Positions 23,857 through 24,529 of a stretch of DNA of 24,529 bases are shown piece after piece. The DNA is from a virus. Lineage: Duplodnaviria; Caudoviricetes. The notes under the pieces are model-generated. The model did no database searches. It was not told the DNA's origin and saw nothing but the letters and a program-made list of their open reading frames with translations. Position 1 is the stretch's first letter. Each line of letters begins with the position of its first letter. The stretch is from IMG/VR virus record IMGVR_UViG_3300037760_000145, positions 1 to 24,529 of that record; one strand, written 5' to 3'. The position numbers and the translations under genes are program-made.

Positions 23857-24529
23857 CCTCTGCGAGGAGGTTCTGCGTCGGCTCGAGCCCGTCTCGGCCG
23901 ACCTCGGTTATTTCGACAGGCAGCAAGAGGTCGCGAACGACCGCAGCGAGCTGAAGGCGCTGCTCTGCGGCCGGCGCGGAGGCAAGACAGAGTTCCTTGC
24001 GCGCTGGCTCTACGAGGGCCTGCTGCTCTGGCCCGGCGAAAATCACGTCTACGTCGTGCTGCGCAAGAACCAGGCGCGGCGCATCATGAAGCGCATGCTG
24101 GAGCGATTGAATCGCCAGCTCACGCTTGGGCTCACGTTCACCGAGAAGGACCAGCAGCTGTTTTGCGTGCATCCGAACGGCGGCACGATCTGGCTCACGG
24201 GGTGCGATGATGCGCTGGAGGCGGAGAAGTTCCGCGGCGACCGCTATGGGCGCGTGGTCATCGACGAGGCGGGCTCATTCGGTCAGTACCTGCAGATGCT
24301 CGTGGAGGAAAGCATCGAGCCGGCGCTCGCCGACTTGAACGGCCAGCTAATCGTGGCCGGCAGCCCCGGCCTCGTGCCGCGTGGATACTTCTGGGCAATC
24401 ACTACCGGCGACGACGATTCGGAGGTGCGGCAGTGGCCGACGTACGCCTGGACCTGCCTCGACAACCCGCACATCGACGCGTCGAAATTCATCGCGACGA
24501 ATGAGGCAGGGCGTCCAGTACCTGGGCCA
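23828..24529 (+). CDS. terL: Terminase large subunit, ATPase domain (3'-truncated; not in ORF track)
   Basis: Translated by hand: Walker A CGRRGGKT, FRG...VVIDEAG Walker B, IVAGSP motif III, DNPHI. Confidence 0.92.
   Translation, partial: MPSPSALTLDLCEEVLRRLEPVSADLGYFDRQQEVANDRSELKALLCGRRGGKTEFLARWLYEGLLLWPGENHVYVVLRKNQARRIMKRMLERLNRQLTLGLTFTEKDQQLFCVHPNGGTIWLTGCDDALEAEKFRGDRYGRVVIDEAGSFGQYLQMLVEESIEPALADLNGQLIVAGSPGLVPRGYFWAITTGDDDSEVRQWPTYAWTCLDNPHIDASKFIATNEAGRPVPGP

Overview
GC-rich segment of a temperate tailed phage, apparently in its non-integrated form because the attP-like site is intact with phage genes on both sides. Host unknown. Left to right: (1) end of the virion module (large Gly/Ala-rich ejection-type protein, a LamG-like adhesin, a LamG+SGNH tail-spike-like protein); (2) an expanded lysis region with three different predicted peptidoglycan hydrolases, several small membrane proteins and a lipoprotein; (3) a separately promoted leftward 3-gene operon with acr-aca-like architecture; (4) a leftward early operon (Cys-rich microproteins, a Cas4/RecB-like nuclease fused to a Sak4-like ATPase, SSB-like protein, Mom-like GNAT); (5) a cI/cro-like switch with a shared 18-bp operator and leaderless-looking promoters; (6) a rightward operon with HTH-GIY-YIG, xis, tyrosine integrase, an antisense full-length tRNA-Leu(GAG) and a separate attP core that is an internal fragment of a different tRNA-Leu(GAG); (7) MTase, VRR-NUC, DUF559-like nuclease, replication initiator, TerS-like protein, GroES and TerL. 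Top observations: the attP plus replacement-tRNA arrangement, the candidate anti-defence operon, and a cassette-like hotspot between MTase and VRR-NUC punctuated by chimeric micro-ORFs carrying QxxLF motifs. All family calls come from motif recognition by eye; no searches were run.
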